In this document: one piece after another, positions 24,971 to 37,578 of the stretch
Numbering within the stretch: position 1 is the first letter of the stretch
How the letters are laid out: each line of letters starts with the position of its first letter
Assembly: GCA_024704765.1 (NCBI GenBank)
Contig: JAKMXF010000055.1
Coordinates: 1-64,000 of the forward strand
Direction: 5' to 3'
Length of the DNA: 64,000 nucleotides
Source of the DNA: Oopsacas minuta
Taxonomy: Eukaryota > Animalia > Porifera
Notes under the pieces: generated by a model
Database searches by the model: none
Seen by the model: the letters and a program-made list of their open reading frames with translations, nothing else
Told to the model about the DNA's origin: nothing
Made by a program: the position numbers and the translations under genes

Positions 24971-26539
24971 CTATCTACTTAAGGCAGGGACGTCGCCACA
25001 GGGGGGGCAGTCCCCCCTTGGTAAACCCTTAGCCTGAGGCAAGCCCTCCTGCTAAATTTGTTCCCTGGGCATGTATTATACCCTGAGCAAATGCACTGTA
25101 TTCCCTGGGCAGTTTAGGCGTACCTGGTCGGCAACCCTTCAGTTGTTAAAAAATATAGGCACCAATTCAATACTGGACCACTACACTAAAGTATAGTCGG
25201 CAGTCTCGGCACAGTGAAAAGTAGAATTAACCATACAAGTTATAATATCAAGGATTATCGTACGATTTTTCCGTTCGATGCCTCCATTGATATAATAATT
25301 ATTAATAACTTCTCGCTGTTCGTTTAAAGATAACTATATATTCCTAAAATATAACTGAGAAATTGTTTCAAGATTCAAACTTAGTGGCAGTACAAGGTGA
25401 TTAATCTAGTAGCTATATAGCTTATTGTGCAAGTGCTACGCCCCATCACGACTGGAAGACCTACAGCACCCAGACCCCCAGCTGCAGTAGTGTCGTGCAT
25501 ATGTGACTGGGGGGCCCCAAATATCCTCCGAGTTGCACATCATTACTCGACGAAAAGAACAACTTTCTGGGGCAATTGCGACCATACGTTATTTCTTTCA
25601 ATTGTTTGACTCTTGGACCTTACTGATTGTTTACAGCGTTCATGGGCTTCGGAAATCTGACGTGCACAGATTCAATCTGGTAGGAAACATCTAGAACTTG
25701 TTGACAACCAGATTGAATTTGTGTCCTCCATATATCAAAGCCACACGACGAAACTGGCTCGCTGGATGGTACTAACCAACTAAAAACCTGTTCATCCACC
25801 ACTGGACATGCTCCTGCTAAATCCGTGAAACACCTTGCCCATTGTCCTACCCCTTGGAAACTTCGTGCCCCCCCCCCTCTTGTAATTTCTTTGCTCCCCC
25901 TAGGTGAAATCATGGCGGATATCTACCTATCAATTGCTGTAGGTACTGCCTCATCAAACGAAGTTTCTCACAAATGAATATGATTAAGTATGTCATTACT
26001 GATGAAAATTGCTATCGAAAACTATCGAAAGATGAGATAAATGAGATTATTGAAATATGGAACAGAAAACAAGGGCGGATTATAGGATCCAATTAATTAT
26101 TTAACCATCATATTTGTTAAAATCATTTTTCCATATTCCTCATAAACACTAACTAAACAATTTTGCATTTCCATACGAATAATATACTGGAGGTCAAAAA
26201 CAGGAAGGGGGCGGTGTGTAACAGGGCAAATGCCCCCCTCCCTACGTCCACGAATGTATAGACTGAAATTTTACATATATCACTATCTAACATCATAGCA
26301 TATATTTCCACTCTCTAGCAAGTTGTACTTTGTATTACAATATGGTAGAAACTGGGAAATACATTCCCTATTATTGGGAGCCGGAATGATGCTCTAGCCC
26401 CCTACAATTTATATTAGAGGAGTGGCGCGAGAGCTCTCTTGCCCCCCCAGGATCGATGCCCATGCTCATGAAATTATCATTGGTTAATGAGAAGGCAAGC
26501 TGGTCTAATATAAACTCAGGAACCTGCACTTCTTGATGG

Positions 26540-27250
26540 CGGTTCAGGTGCACTTCCGATTTGTGTCTAAAATATGAATATCTTCTATTCCTGTCATGTT
26601 GGAAACATACTTTTTACAAGTAGATCCAATTCTAGCTGATTCACTTCCAGTACACCAATTCAATTTGAATCTTGGATCAATAATGGTATGCAAAATATTT
26701 TTTTCGCGTTTCTTGTAGATTCCCATTCCGTCATCTTGAGAATTCTGCAGTGCTTCAACTTATAAAGACTTATGTTTCAATCTCAGTGTTTCAAGCGATG
26801 CTCGAGTTCCTCGGATGCATGATATAACGAAACAAACATACATTGAATTTTCCGCTGTGTTAAATCTGTAGCTTCCTAAAATGGTGTTAGTATTTTCTAC
26901 TAGATCTGAGAGTTAGCTACCCTCATAGTCATAGACGCTTAGCTGTTGACAAACCAACATTTCTAGCTTTGCTTTGGATTATTTAGTAAAGCCTGTTCGT
27001 TCATTAATTCAATTTTCCACCTTTTATCTACTCTCGCTTGTATTCTATTTTCCCCTTTTAAGATTATACGAACATATGATACAATATTTGCTGCCTTTAT
27101 AGGTATATTATTCACTATCTCTGCTTCTTTAAAACAATCCTTTATGACCAGTTGAAGTATGTGAATAATACAGGGTTCGTGTTCTCGGATGTAGATCGTA
27201 CAATATCACCATTATCCTCATCACAAGAATCTGAGATCGAACCATATATT
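26540..27250 (-). pseudogene. hAT (Ac/ZBED-like) transposase relic
   Basis: ILTPF.EATDLTQ and HTIIDPRFKLNW motifs in broken frames. Confidence 0.65.
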
Positions 27251-27602
27251 GCCATTAGGGCAAATCAAGGTAGTTTGAATGCCTTGACATGTTTGAAGCA
27301 TTATCAGTAATTATGTTAGCTATTTGACCTTGAAATATATAAAATGAGATTATCTCTTCATAGTGTTCGGTAATGTTTCTGCATTGAGTTGACCCCGAAA
27401 TCGTTTACATCCCAAAACCACTGAACGCAAGGACCAATCTAATATAAATGGTAGGCTATCCAGTGAAACCACAGCATTTGCCATTTGGAACATAGATCAA
27501 CTGTTAAGGAAACAGTATCGACCATATCTAGTATATCTTTCATCACATTTCAATTATTTGGACTTTCTCTGTTGGACTCATAGTAGCATGTGCTATGTCC
27601 CN

Positions 27603-28051
27603 AGATTCCCTGAATATCTTGGTGATTTAAGCGAAGAACAGGGCGAGCGATTCCACCAAGACATCAGGACTATGGAGGAACGGTACCAAGGAAGATGGGG
27701 CGCTCACATGTTGGCAGATTACTGCTGGAGCCCTATGCGTGATTGCCCCCAAGGACCACACAAGATGAATTCGTATAAGGGAACATCGTTCATGATTGAG
27801 AAGTATTCAGATCATATTATATCTCAAATTATCTGCTTATTACGCATGTTCAATTCTAGTTGTAATGTAATACATACATACTATATGGTATCAGTGAACA
27901 CAGATTCACGGATGCTGAAAAACATAATTTTACAATATCACGAAAAGTAGAGCCAAATGACCAGAACTAGTGCCATTTTGGAACTCAGTGACCCCGATAT
28001 ACCCTAGAAATAGTCTCAACTTATCAGCCAAGAAAATGTTGTTGGCCAGTG
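27603..28051 (+). mobile_element. Chapaev3-like transposon 3' end (starts at N27602)
   Basis: FPEYLGDLSEEQGERFHQDIRTMEERYQGRWGAHMLADYCW; terminus ...GTTGGCCAGTG followed by TAA; subterminal region resembles the 41475 end. Confidence 0.75.
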
Positions 28052-28289
28052 TAATAGATGTCAGATATTTTGGCTTTATTGACTTGTAATTCGATAGTCA
28101 AGTTATGGTCAAAAACTGTCCAGCCAATATGCTATAAGTGCCCAGCTTCCCATATCCTTGTAACATATGTATTCCCATACTATATTTCAACCTTATTGCT
28201 TAATTTTGATAATGAATGAATATGGGCATATTCACGATTGTGTCATTCGTTTAGAGAAATATTATGATAATATATTCACGGGTAAGGGA

Positions 28290-28620
28290 AATGCCATGAC
28301 TGGGACCATTATCGCAAGTCCTTTGAGGATCTAAAAACAAGATACGGTGGTGATCCAACAAAAGCTAAGGTTTGCAACGGGGTTGAATGCTTGCCAATAC
28401 TGAATTCAGTTTGGAGATCCAAAACTTTCCTCTCCAATTGCAGCAGTCCATTCCGAAATTGGCTTGAGAGAAAAGCTTATTGATCGTATCGCATATGAAT
28501 CCTTTGAGATATATAATACCAACAGTTGCGAGAGAGCTGGATGATTCTAACTGCAGCCTCTAAAGAAATATCATGGAATCAAACTGGATACATTCCCTGT
28601 ACTTCAGCCCATAATTCCAG
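28290..28620 (+). pseudogene. Possible Transib/Chapaev-related transposase fragment
   Basis: AKVCNGVECLPIL..., PIAAVHSEIGLREKL and KKYHG recall the PPxLHxxxG...YHGG region of such transposases; weak. Confidence 0.35.
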
Positions 28621-29523
28621 TTCTACAGCTAAATACGTTGATATTTACACCATGTTATAGTGAACCAGTAGCATATTTACAATCTTGACTTTATGCAAGA
28701 TCTACCATAGTTATTTTAATATGAGTGATTAAGTATAGTAGCCACAACAGATACCTTACATGCAATCTAAATACTGTGGGAATACTAATATATAAGTATT
28801 AGAATGTGTGTTATATTACTGATTTGTACCATGCATACATAACTCTCAATCCCTAAAAATTATACATATATGATTCACTACGAGTTTCCACCATTTTCAG
28901 TTTCGATACATTCATTTCCTTGCTACTTTTATGTTATTTATTTATAGAGCATTATATTTTTGATTGCCCTTAGCAAACTACTTCCTGTATAACGCTGGAA
29001 AAATTCGTGAAAAATACGCTTTTATATGTGAATGATAATGTGGAATGTAACATAAGTAAGCAGCAACACTCGAAACAGTAAGCGGATTAAAATAATATTT
29101 AATTAGTGATCATATTGACAGNGTACAAAATCAAAATTCTTAGGAACAGTATTGACGAACAATGAATCATCATTCTTATTTCCGTCACCCTTTGGACCCG
29201 GGTTTAGTTCTACACACCCAATTACAAGTAACATTGAGATCACACAAGCAAGAAGAGCTATGCCTGACGCAATTTCTAGTTGAAAGTGCTGGGTGAAGAA
29301 GAACATTATTCTCTTTGAATTGAATAACCCAATTTTAGCTCTCCAGAGCTCCAAAGCGATCATTGATAGAGAAAAAATGACAATAAATATACTAAAGGTT
29401 TGAAGAGAAGGGATTGGTAAGAATAATTGCAAACACAAATGGAATATAGGGATCAATATAAATTTCGCGAATAAAAAAGATAACCATGAAACCCAGCAGG
29501 GTAAAGCGAGTTTGTTATGACTA

Positions 29524-31479
29524 CAGTGAAACCCCGCGTATTGGGGCACCTTTTGCCAAGCAAAAAGTGCCCCGATACGAGGGAGTGCCCCGATAAGCGG
29601 GGTTCTAGGAAAATAGTTGTACACCCTTGTAAATATTACCGATTTAGAACACAAACATCATCATGACACACTCTGAAATATGACTGATAATTACGCAGAA
29701 TACTACACATTCTAAGTTCACTAGGAGACTGTTATGCTATCTAAAGACTAGTTTTCTTGAAGAAATCTTCAATGGTGGTTTGCGTCGCCTCCATGTGGGC
29801 CCTTTCCTCGATAATTTGCCTATACCATGCCAGGTTGAAGCCACCTCCCAGCACTTCATCATCTCCACGTCCAGCAGCGTACAGCTCGATTGTCTCAAGT
29901 GCTTGCAGCACCTGTTTGTTGTTAGGAATTTCTGCCACATCATCCTCTGTAGTAATGATCTCGGTAGGTGCAATAGCCTGAATTGAAACTTCTTCCAGCT
30001 GGTCTTTCAATTCAGTCACCACCTTGTCAAACAATTCTTCTGGCTCCACGACGGGGGGGAATATCTCCATCTGTTCGTCCTCAGCAGAGAGCAGAGTCTC
30101 TGCCTCCGTTTCCAGTAGGGGTGTCTGTTGTGGCTCTACTATATCCCCTGCTTTAGAGAAGCCACAGTGGGAGAAGCACTTCACGATAGTTGCCGGTTTG
30201 AGGTCGCGCCAAGCTCTAAAAAGCCACACAATCACTCTTGCTAGATTGATTTCCTTGTACGGGTCTACTTCCCCACATTCATGAGTGAGAGCACTGAGAA
30301 TAAAATTGTGCAGCTGCTTCCGATAGAGAAGCTTTACAGTCTGGATGATACCAGCGTCACACGGCTGGGTGCTGCAAGTAGTGTTCTTGGGGAAGAACAC
30401 AACCTTCACAGCCCTGAATTCCATTTGTTCTACAATGTTGTGAACAGTTGCGTTGTCCATAAATAGCAGAACCTTGCGGCCAGCTTGATACATTAGGCTT
30501 TCAAATTCATTAATCCACCAGGAAAAGATGTCTCCGTTCATCCACGAACTTTTCTGTGATTTGTAGGAAATTGACATGTTCTCAAGATCGACACTACGAA
30601 GGCACCTTGGCCTGGTAGATTTACCGATGATGAGTGGTTTCACTTTTTCACCCATCCAAGAGCAGCATATTAGTAAAGTTAACCGCTCCTTCTGAGCCTT
30701 ACCGCCATGACAGGCATCACCGGGCATTACAAGAGAAAGTGATGTAGTCTGTTTGTAGTAAAGCCCCGTTTCATCGCAATTAAAGATGTTTTTCGGGTCG
30801 TATCCTTCTATCAGCTCTGGGATCTGCTCCATCCAGTTCATCACCACTACTTTGTTGGCCGATGCCGCCTCGCCACTAAGGTGCCTTCCATGAATCCCAT
30901 GACGTCTCTTTACTCGATCAAGCCAACCTTCAGAAGCAGAGAACCCTTGGATGTTGCAGTTCTCAGCCTCACGGAGGGCAAGAGTGCGCAGCATTGGACC
31001 TGTTACCGGTATTCCATGCTCTTTGGCTCTCTCAAGAAAAAGGACGCATGCATTCTCGATTTCGCAGTACTTTGGCGCTATGTCCACAAGCTTTCTCCTT
31101 TTGAGGTTGTTTGGAATGTTTCCCTGAACATCCTTGAGATTCTCGATCTTGTCACGCTGATCTCTAAGGATTCTCCCGACCTGACCTTTGCTACTTCCAA
31201 CCTGCAAGGCGATTTGCCTCTCGGATTTACCTGCCTTGCTGAGTTCAACTACTTCAGCACGAGTCTCTATTGGGAGTGGATGACGCTTAGCCGCCATTGT
31301 ACGTATATAAATACTAAGTTTTCAGGCACAAATATATGTTCAATAAGGAAACAAACTCTATTCGAGGTGCCCCGATACGCGGGGTTGATTTTAATTGAAG
31401 AATAACAAATTTCCATCCTACTGCCCCGATAAGAGGGCTGCCCCGATACGCGCCTGCCCCGATATGCGGGGTTCCACTG
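29524..31479 (-). mobile_element. pogo/Tigger DNA transposon, full length (1,956 bp)
   Basis: TIRs CAGTG(A/G)AACCCCGC.TAT.GGGGCA, TA TSD, empty site gacTAataag at 59008-59016, repeated CCCCGATA subterminal motifs. Confidence 0.97.
29741..31297 (-). CDS. Intact Tigger/pogo transposase (HTH-psq, CENP-B HTH, DDE_1 with DD32D, acidic tail), 518 aa
   Basis: FSASEGWLDRVKRRH, FNCDETG, FMDNAT, QPCDAG; 32 residues counted between D2 and D3. Confidence 0.95.
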   Translation of the reverse strand: MAAKRHPLPIETRAEVVELSKAGKSERQIALQVGSSKGQVGRILRDQRDKIENLKDVQGNIPNNLKRRKLVDIAPKYCEIENACVLFLERAKEHGIPVTGPMLRTLALREAENCNIQGFSASEGWLDRVKRRHGIHGRHLSGEAASANKVVVMNWMEQIPELIEGYDPKNIFNCDETGLYYKQTTSLSLVMPGDACHGGKAQKERLTLLICCSWMGEKVKPLIIGKSTRPRCLRSVDLENMSISYKSQKSSWMNGDIFSWWINEFESLMYQAGRKVLLFMDNATVHNIVEQMEFRAVKVVFFPKNTTCSTQPCDAGIIQTVKLLYRKQLHNFILSALTHECGEVDPYKEINLARVIVWLFRAWRDLKPATIVKCFSHCGFSKAGDIVEPQQTPLLETEAETLLSAEDEQMEIFPPVVEPEELFDKVVTELKDQLEEVSIQAIAPTEIITTEDDVAEIPNNKQVLQALETIELYAAGRGDDEVLGGGFNLAWYRQIIEERAHMEATQTTIEDFFKKTSL

Positions 31480-32160
31480 TAATAAGTAGGATACGGTACG
31501 TTAAATTTAGGTACTGGCCCTAGAGTTTTATAAGGTTTTTTCCTCCATCTGAATAGACTCTCCCTTGTCCAGCCGCATTTACTATCGCTTACTCTGTAGT
31601 TCCAGGAAGGATAATGAAAATGTACAAATTCTTCCTCTGAACTAGGAAACTCTGGTAGTGACTCTGAGGATTCTGTAACCGTAAAATCCTCCAGCTTCAT
31701 CCTTTTCGCTGGAGTCTCTTCAGTTTTCTCCAATCCCCATTTCCGGGTTGTATATGTACATCTTGAGGCTCTCCCTCTGTTTTCAGGTGGGAGATAGCCT
31801 GGTGGAGACGTTTGGGATTTTGAAAATTCTCGAGACATTCTTATATATTCTATTGGAACATGTGCAAAATTATATCAGCATTGGGGTATATCGAATACTT
31901 CAGTCAAATTTCATAATCAGACAATCAAATTGTGACACGTGTTGAGATGCGTAATTATTTGTGAGATATGGAAATATTTTTAAAGAAGTCATCAGAATAT
32001 ACAACGGCAAAATGCGAAAAATATTTGAGATATTAATTCAAAACAGCACAGAAATCTTGGAAAACATCCTAAGAACCCAAGAATCCAATAAAACAGAAAA
32101 TATTAGAATTTCAAAAATTTCTGAAAATTATGCATATTATATAGGATACTTCCCCCTTAA

Positions 32161-33560
32161 ATAGACGTGAATTCGATGCTCTTGATTTGATATAATTGAC
32201 AATTTTAACAGCATCATCAAATACCATGTGTAATTCTGGGCTCATTTTCTTAGTTGCCAAGGCTTGTTTATGAATCATGCAATGTTGCCATTTTAAATTT
32301 GGATTTACTGACTTAAGGTAAGCAATAAGACCATTTGTGTGTCCTGTTATTGAGGGAGCGCCATCTGAAGATATACTGGTGCACCATTCCCATTTGAAAT
32401 CACATTCAGCTCTTATGTGACCATCGAGTACTTCAAATATTTTTTTCTCCAGTAGTTTTTCCAAGTTAACTTCTAGATGCCAATATTTGATCATTAATAC
32501 CTTCATCATAGCAGCACACATACATCAGTAATTGAGCCTGGTTTGAGATATCAGTCGATTCATCAAGTTGTAGGCAAAACGTTTATCTTGTTTAATCTTC
32601 TCCATAACTTGTTGTGAGACATCCCACGCCATTTCTTCAATTCTGCGAGCCATCGTTGTATCAGAAAATGGTATTGACTTGATTGCATTGACAGCTGCAG
32701 CACCTAGCATGTTTTCAGCTATTATTAAAGCACCTGGAATTATTAGATTTTCTGTGTTGAATAGTCCTTCTTAGCTCTAGCTGTAAAAATGCTAATTCAC
32801 ATGGTGTTTTTGTGCTATCTTATTAGACTGTCAAAAATGACTTATAATGCTTCTTGACTTAATAATTTCACTAGCCTTTAGTTTGAAAATTCTATTGGTT
32901 TATTTTTTACTTCCTTCTGTTTTGTGACAAAATTTCTCCGTAAAAGAGATGGCGTCATACTATTTTTTGACAAGGTTTGGTTGTAAATAACGTAAAGTGG
33001 TAATGCAGGGTCACTTTTGGTAGAAACAAACCCAAACCTAATATATGATTCATCGTATCGTCCTCTTTTTGTTTTTGCTTCTGTTTTAGTTCGGTTAGTT
33101 ACTCTCATTACCCCAGGAGATTCCGAATATGAACTTTCACTATTTTATTCACCTTGCAAACCACACCATCTTGAGAACAACATCCTATATCTATCTGAAA
33201 TTCATTCATGTTAATAAAACAAATTAAAAGAAAACAGAATTGTAGGAGGTAGCACTTATATACGTGAACTCGGCGAATAAATAGAACATAGACTCGAATC
33301 TGTTAAGTACAGAACAAAGTAAAAGATTGGTCAGTAAAATAAATATTTTGCAACAAGTTTAGCTTCAGGAATCAGGAGAGTGTAAATAACGAAGGTAATA
33401 ACAATACTTACCTAACGTACTTCTAGTCAGAAACAATTATGATTGAATAAATCATTTTACTGGATGCTGAGATATTACATACATACTTTACCGACTCATC
33501 TCAAAGAGAGCTGGCATATCCCCATGAGAAGCCTCGCGTACCCCAGTTTGAAGATCACTG
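32161..33560 (-). mobile_element. hAT (Buster/ZBED5-like) 5' half with terminal TIR
   Basis: IPFSDTTMARRI, SSDGAPSITG, HCMIHKQALA, NYIKSRA; TIR GTTTGAAGATCACTG at 33546-33560 followed by GCGTAAAC. Confidence 0.92.
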
Positions 33561-34316
33561 GCGTAAACTACCGATATTCTTTTCTATGTGCGGTATTAAT
33601 CATTAAGTGCATTGACAAATGTCCATATTCGAGGATAACCAGTAATATATATCGATTTATTTTGAATGGGATCTCTATGCTGAATTATTCGTTGCGATAT
33701 TTAGTTCGTAGATGGAAAGTTTCTCTGATGGAATTTGGGCTAACCCAGCATTTTTGAAAGTATTCCTTCAGTGTTTCGAGCTTTACCATATCTTCCTGTT
33801 CTAGGGTAGGAATTTAAAGAAACCCAAAAGTGGGGTTAATTTGTGAAGAGGGCTAAAAGGAGATGGCATCAGTTGTTTGATCTATTTAGTCATTTTGTTA
33901 TTAATTTTCAAACTATCGCTTAGTCCAAGCTTTCGTGTCTTTATCCAATTACCTTGTGCCAAATAGTACCAACAGCCATGCACATGGCTCTTCGAATGGT
34001 ATTCCGAGCTGCTAGTTCCATTCTGACATGGATGCCAAAGGCTTGAAATGGGAGAGTTTGCATTATTTATTCCAAAATAATGCTGGTACAAATCCTTACC
34101 TTTTGCGGTCATTAAGGAGTGAAAAGAATGATTCTCCACAGCTATGAATATAGTCCAAAGCTGAAAGAACTGAATCCTTATCCTGAAAAGGGTTCATTGT
34201 TTGGATACTCGAATTTCTGACGGAGAGTGCCGATTTGGCCTGAGTAGGAAACAACTCCCACATCATGTCTACACCTTACGAAGAATTTGTAATAATCTCC
34301 ATAAGTTGTCGTAACA

Positions 34317-37300
34317 CACAGTGGTTTAGAAGCAAAGAATAGACAAAAAATTGATTCCGTATTTGATGGCTTTATTTCATTTTATATTGTTTGAATGATT
34401 CTCATTTAAAATATCTAAGCGATTGAGACCATAGAAACTGTAAAGTTTCTTCATCAAAAGATGTGAAATATTCATAGGAAAATTGCGGCTTCATGGTTTC
34501 TAAATTTAGCCTCAATTTCAAATGACTATAAGAGCAATTACATAATCGAATGTTACTAATCTAGTATACCTTATACATTTCGACTATGCTAAATCTTATT
34601 ATCTTGTTTCCATGACTCTATCTTCTATATATTTTGTGAACATAAGATTTCTAAAATCTAGTAAAATCCGTACAGAAGTTTTACAAAGAGGAATACTTAA
34701 AGTGTCAGGAAAAATAAACAACACAAAACAACAGCGCAAAATGAATCGGATACACGCACTACGATCCCTAAAACATAATCTAAAACCACAAAACCCGAAA
34801 CAGTACGCAACCTATAATTTCCAATGACATTCCATTACAACTTTTCGTTGCTAGGAAATTCCCATTTTAGCATACTGCAACAATGAAAAGAAATAGTATT
34901 GAATTTCGTTCTTGAAATTTATTATAGTGACTTATATATATAATCTATTGAATAGTACAACATATTTTTCGGAATTTCTTGAAAACAATGACAGAAGAGT
35001 TAACTTTCACAAAGTCCCGCCTTGAATTGGCAAGAATCCTGAAAGATAATTGTGTCTTGAAAACGACAAAATATTTCAAAGATCACTTTGAAATAGACTG
35101 ATAATACGAAACTCTTGGAAACGTTGTTGTTAAGAATTCGGGACAGATTCGAGAAGGCGAAGGATCTTTGGATTGTTTAGAAGGAGAATGGTGGCATTCT
35201 AACATTTCCATGAAACCTGAGTTAAAGAAAAATCGTATTTCTGATTTACTAGAGTCGTCTTCTGATGATGGTGAAGTTCCCATTCATTCAGTGAGACATA
35301 GGAAGCATCTTGATGATCTCTCTCTGAAGCAACAGAGTACTCGATTGTCAAATCTGTTAGAATGCATTAAGTCACTCTCAGTTATTGAGAATGCGACAGA
35401 AATAAGCATTGAAGCACTCGTCAGGTTACTACGATAGCCAAAAGATATTATTGTCAGTGGAGGATTCTGTAATCTCAGTAACAAGCATGTTCCAATTGAT
35501 AAAGCCTTATTCCTGCTGGATTTACTTGAAGTGGGCAGACGAAAATACACTCAACTACGTCAAACACTTCTACCAGACAATATACATTTCCCATCTTACA
35601 GCAAGCTAGCTAATCTGAGAGATGTCATGATTTCGCGATCCAGTATAACTTTATATCCTAATCCAGCTAAACAAATAGGTATACACGCACCATATTGTCT
35701 TCAAGTTCAAAAACCCTGGAAACAATATTATCAATGGTAGATCGCCCCACAAGTGAAGAATTCCCACTCACATTTAAAATCGCAGATGGCTTACATGGTT
35801 CTGGTTGTCACACTATCTACAACCAGCAGACAACTAGTACTTTCACCAAAAACTTCATTCTGTTTTGTTTCAAGCCCATCTCCATCCATACTGTAACCAA
35901 CAGGATTGTTTGGTAGAATATATCCCCTAATTTACCCTTCTCTCAAAGACCTATTTTCTCTGCGCTGCGATAGAATGCGAAGAAAATATTCGTTCCTTCA
36001 TGGAAACTATGATTAATCTCGATACAGCGATGTTGCAAAATGGGATTCCTTTAGAAAATTGTGTTGTTAATGTCGATATTATCCGCTCAATGTTTGATGG
36101 GAAGATGGCAGCCATTCTCTCTGGAGCTGGAGGAGCCAGTTGTCAGATGTGCACTGCCACACATAAAGATTTGAAGGACCGGAATTTAGTTCTTGAAGGG
36201 TTCCCCATCAACAGAAATATCACAGATGCAATCGAGTTATTTTCGCACATTGATGACATTGAGTCGTTCTTTGCTCTTTCGACTAATGAACGCTTCAATT
36301 TAACTCATCAACCAATTTCAGAGATTAACATACATCCAGCATCTCCACTTCATTCATACACAGGCGTATTTAGGTAAGTAATCTAGTACTCTATTAATCA
36401 TTCAGAGTTTATCTTCACATAATTAAACCAATTTAGGTGGTTCAATTTGCTGGTATATCATCTTCGCATCGAAAAGTTTACCTGGTCCCCAACTTCACCA
36501 GTTATCAAGGAGTCAATGAAATTCCTTCAAACATTTATTCAGGAGAAGACAGGATTAAAGGTTAACCAGCCTAATTCTAGCGGTGGAACCACCTCAACAG
36601 GGAATGTTGCTAGAAGAGCCTTTTCTGATGAAACTGAATACCTTGGATGCATTCTATCAACTGTAACAATACAATATCGCCCAATCTCATCAAAGATACA
36701 TACTCAGGCTTCAGCCATTTTTCGGGTTTTCAATTCAAGTCACAAGGCTAACATTTTAGAATTGGGAAAATTGTGCAAGGATACCTACCTTGTCATCTTA
36801 GGTTCTTTCCCCTGGGCTAGCATGACTCCAACCCTGCACAAGCTCTTGGCCCATTTCGAGGAGTTAATACGGGAGTCGAATTCTAGCTATGGCTTAAAGG
36901 CATTTTCAGAAGAAGGCACAGAATCATGCAACAAATTAGTTAGAAAATATCGGGAGAATTTAGCTCGTAAAGTTAGTTTTGAGACCAAAATTATAGATAT
37001 CTTCGTCAGATTAACCTCTCAAAGTGATCCAACCTTAGTAAACTATCGAAGAATTTTAACTTGTGAACGATGTGGTCAATCTGAACACACAACGAGATCT
37101 AAATGCTGCAATACTATGAACAATCAGAAAACTAGTATACGGACTTTATTCACGACTTTAACCTCCAATACAGATTACCTATCATGAACTTAAGTATGAA
37201 TATAATGTATATTATGTAAATCAATAAGATAAATTCCATCATAAGTGTGACGTCATAATTCTAAAGACGTTATAACTCTATAAATACAAGCCCTACAATA

Positions 37301-37578
37301 AAATTTTATGTTCAAGGTGATTGCCAAATACGGATAACCCATATGTAATTAATAGATTTCATGGCGATAAAGTAGAGTAAAATGTATTTATTGAAGAAAA
37401 TTTAGAATTTCACATATATCAATGACGTCATAACTTGGAAATTTTAGGCCATATACTTGTTATGACAAGATGTGTTGGTTCCTTATATATGATAATCTAT
37501 ATGTAAACAACACATTTCATATGGTTTTCTCACACCAAAATAGATATTCTTTACTAACTACCCTATTAAACCACTGTG
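34317..37578 (+). mobile_element. Complete RAG1-like (Transib/RAGL-type) DNA transposon, 3,262 bp
   Basis: Termini CACAGTGGTTTA (34317) and TAAACCACTGTG (ending 37578); perfect 5-bp TSD TAACA (34312-34316, 37579-37583); internal RAG1-like ORF. Confidence 0.95.
34988..37187 (+). pseudogene. RAG1-like transposase with stops, frameshifts and one intron (36374-36436)
   Basis: RHRKHLDDLSLKQQSTRL (NBD-like); KIADGLHGSG (D1 region, D-to-H); SMFDGKM (D2); GASCQMC (ZnC2); SPLH; GNVARRAF; TPTLHKLLAH (ZnH2); SEEGTESCNKLVRKYR (catalytic E); C-terminal CERCGQSEHTTRSKCC. Confidence 0.93.

Larger units (their letters stand above)
29123..33140. repeat. Segmental duplicate of 58610-62068, apart from the private pogo and Tc1 insertions
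   Basis: Near-identical colinear sequence with only scattered SNPs/indels; left end coincides with N29122. Confidence 0.97.

Noticed and set aside
25427-25913. GC-richer ORFs at 25.4-25.9 kb
   Set aside because: No motif in any frame; flanked by MITE-like C/G runs, so probably non-coding repeat interior.
29103-29654. 183-aa membrane protein as a host gene
   Set aside because: A chimeric frame running from the pogo end into the Kolobok upstream ORF and across N29122; ORF 31314-31838 is likewise a junction chimera.
29757-31405. Plus-strand ORFs 29757-30466 and 30881-31405
   Set aside because: Antisense shadows of the intact pogo transposase.
34317-37578. RAG2-like gene within the RAG1-like element
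   Set aside because: Only about 670 bp (5') and 390 bp (3') lie outside the transposase; ORF 34612-34827 shows no kelch or PHD features.
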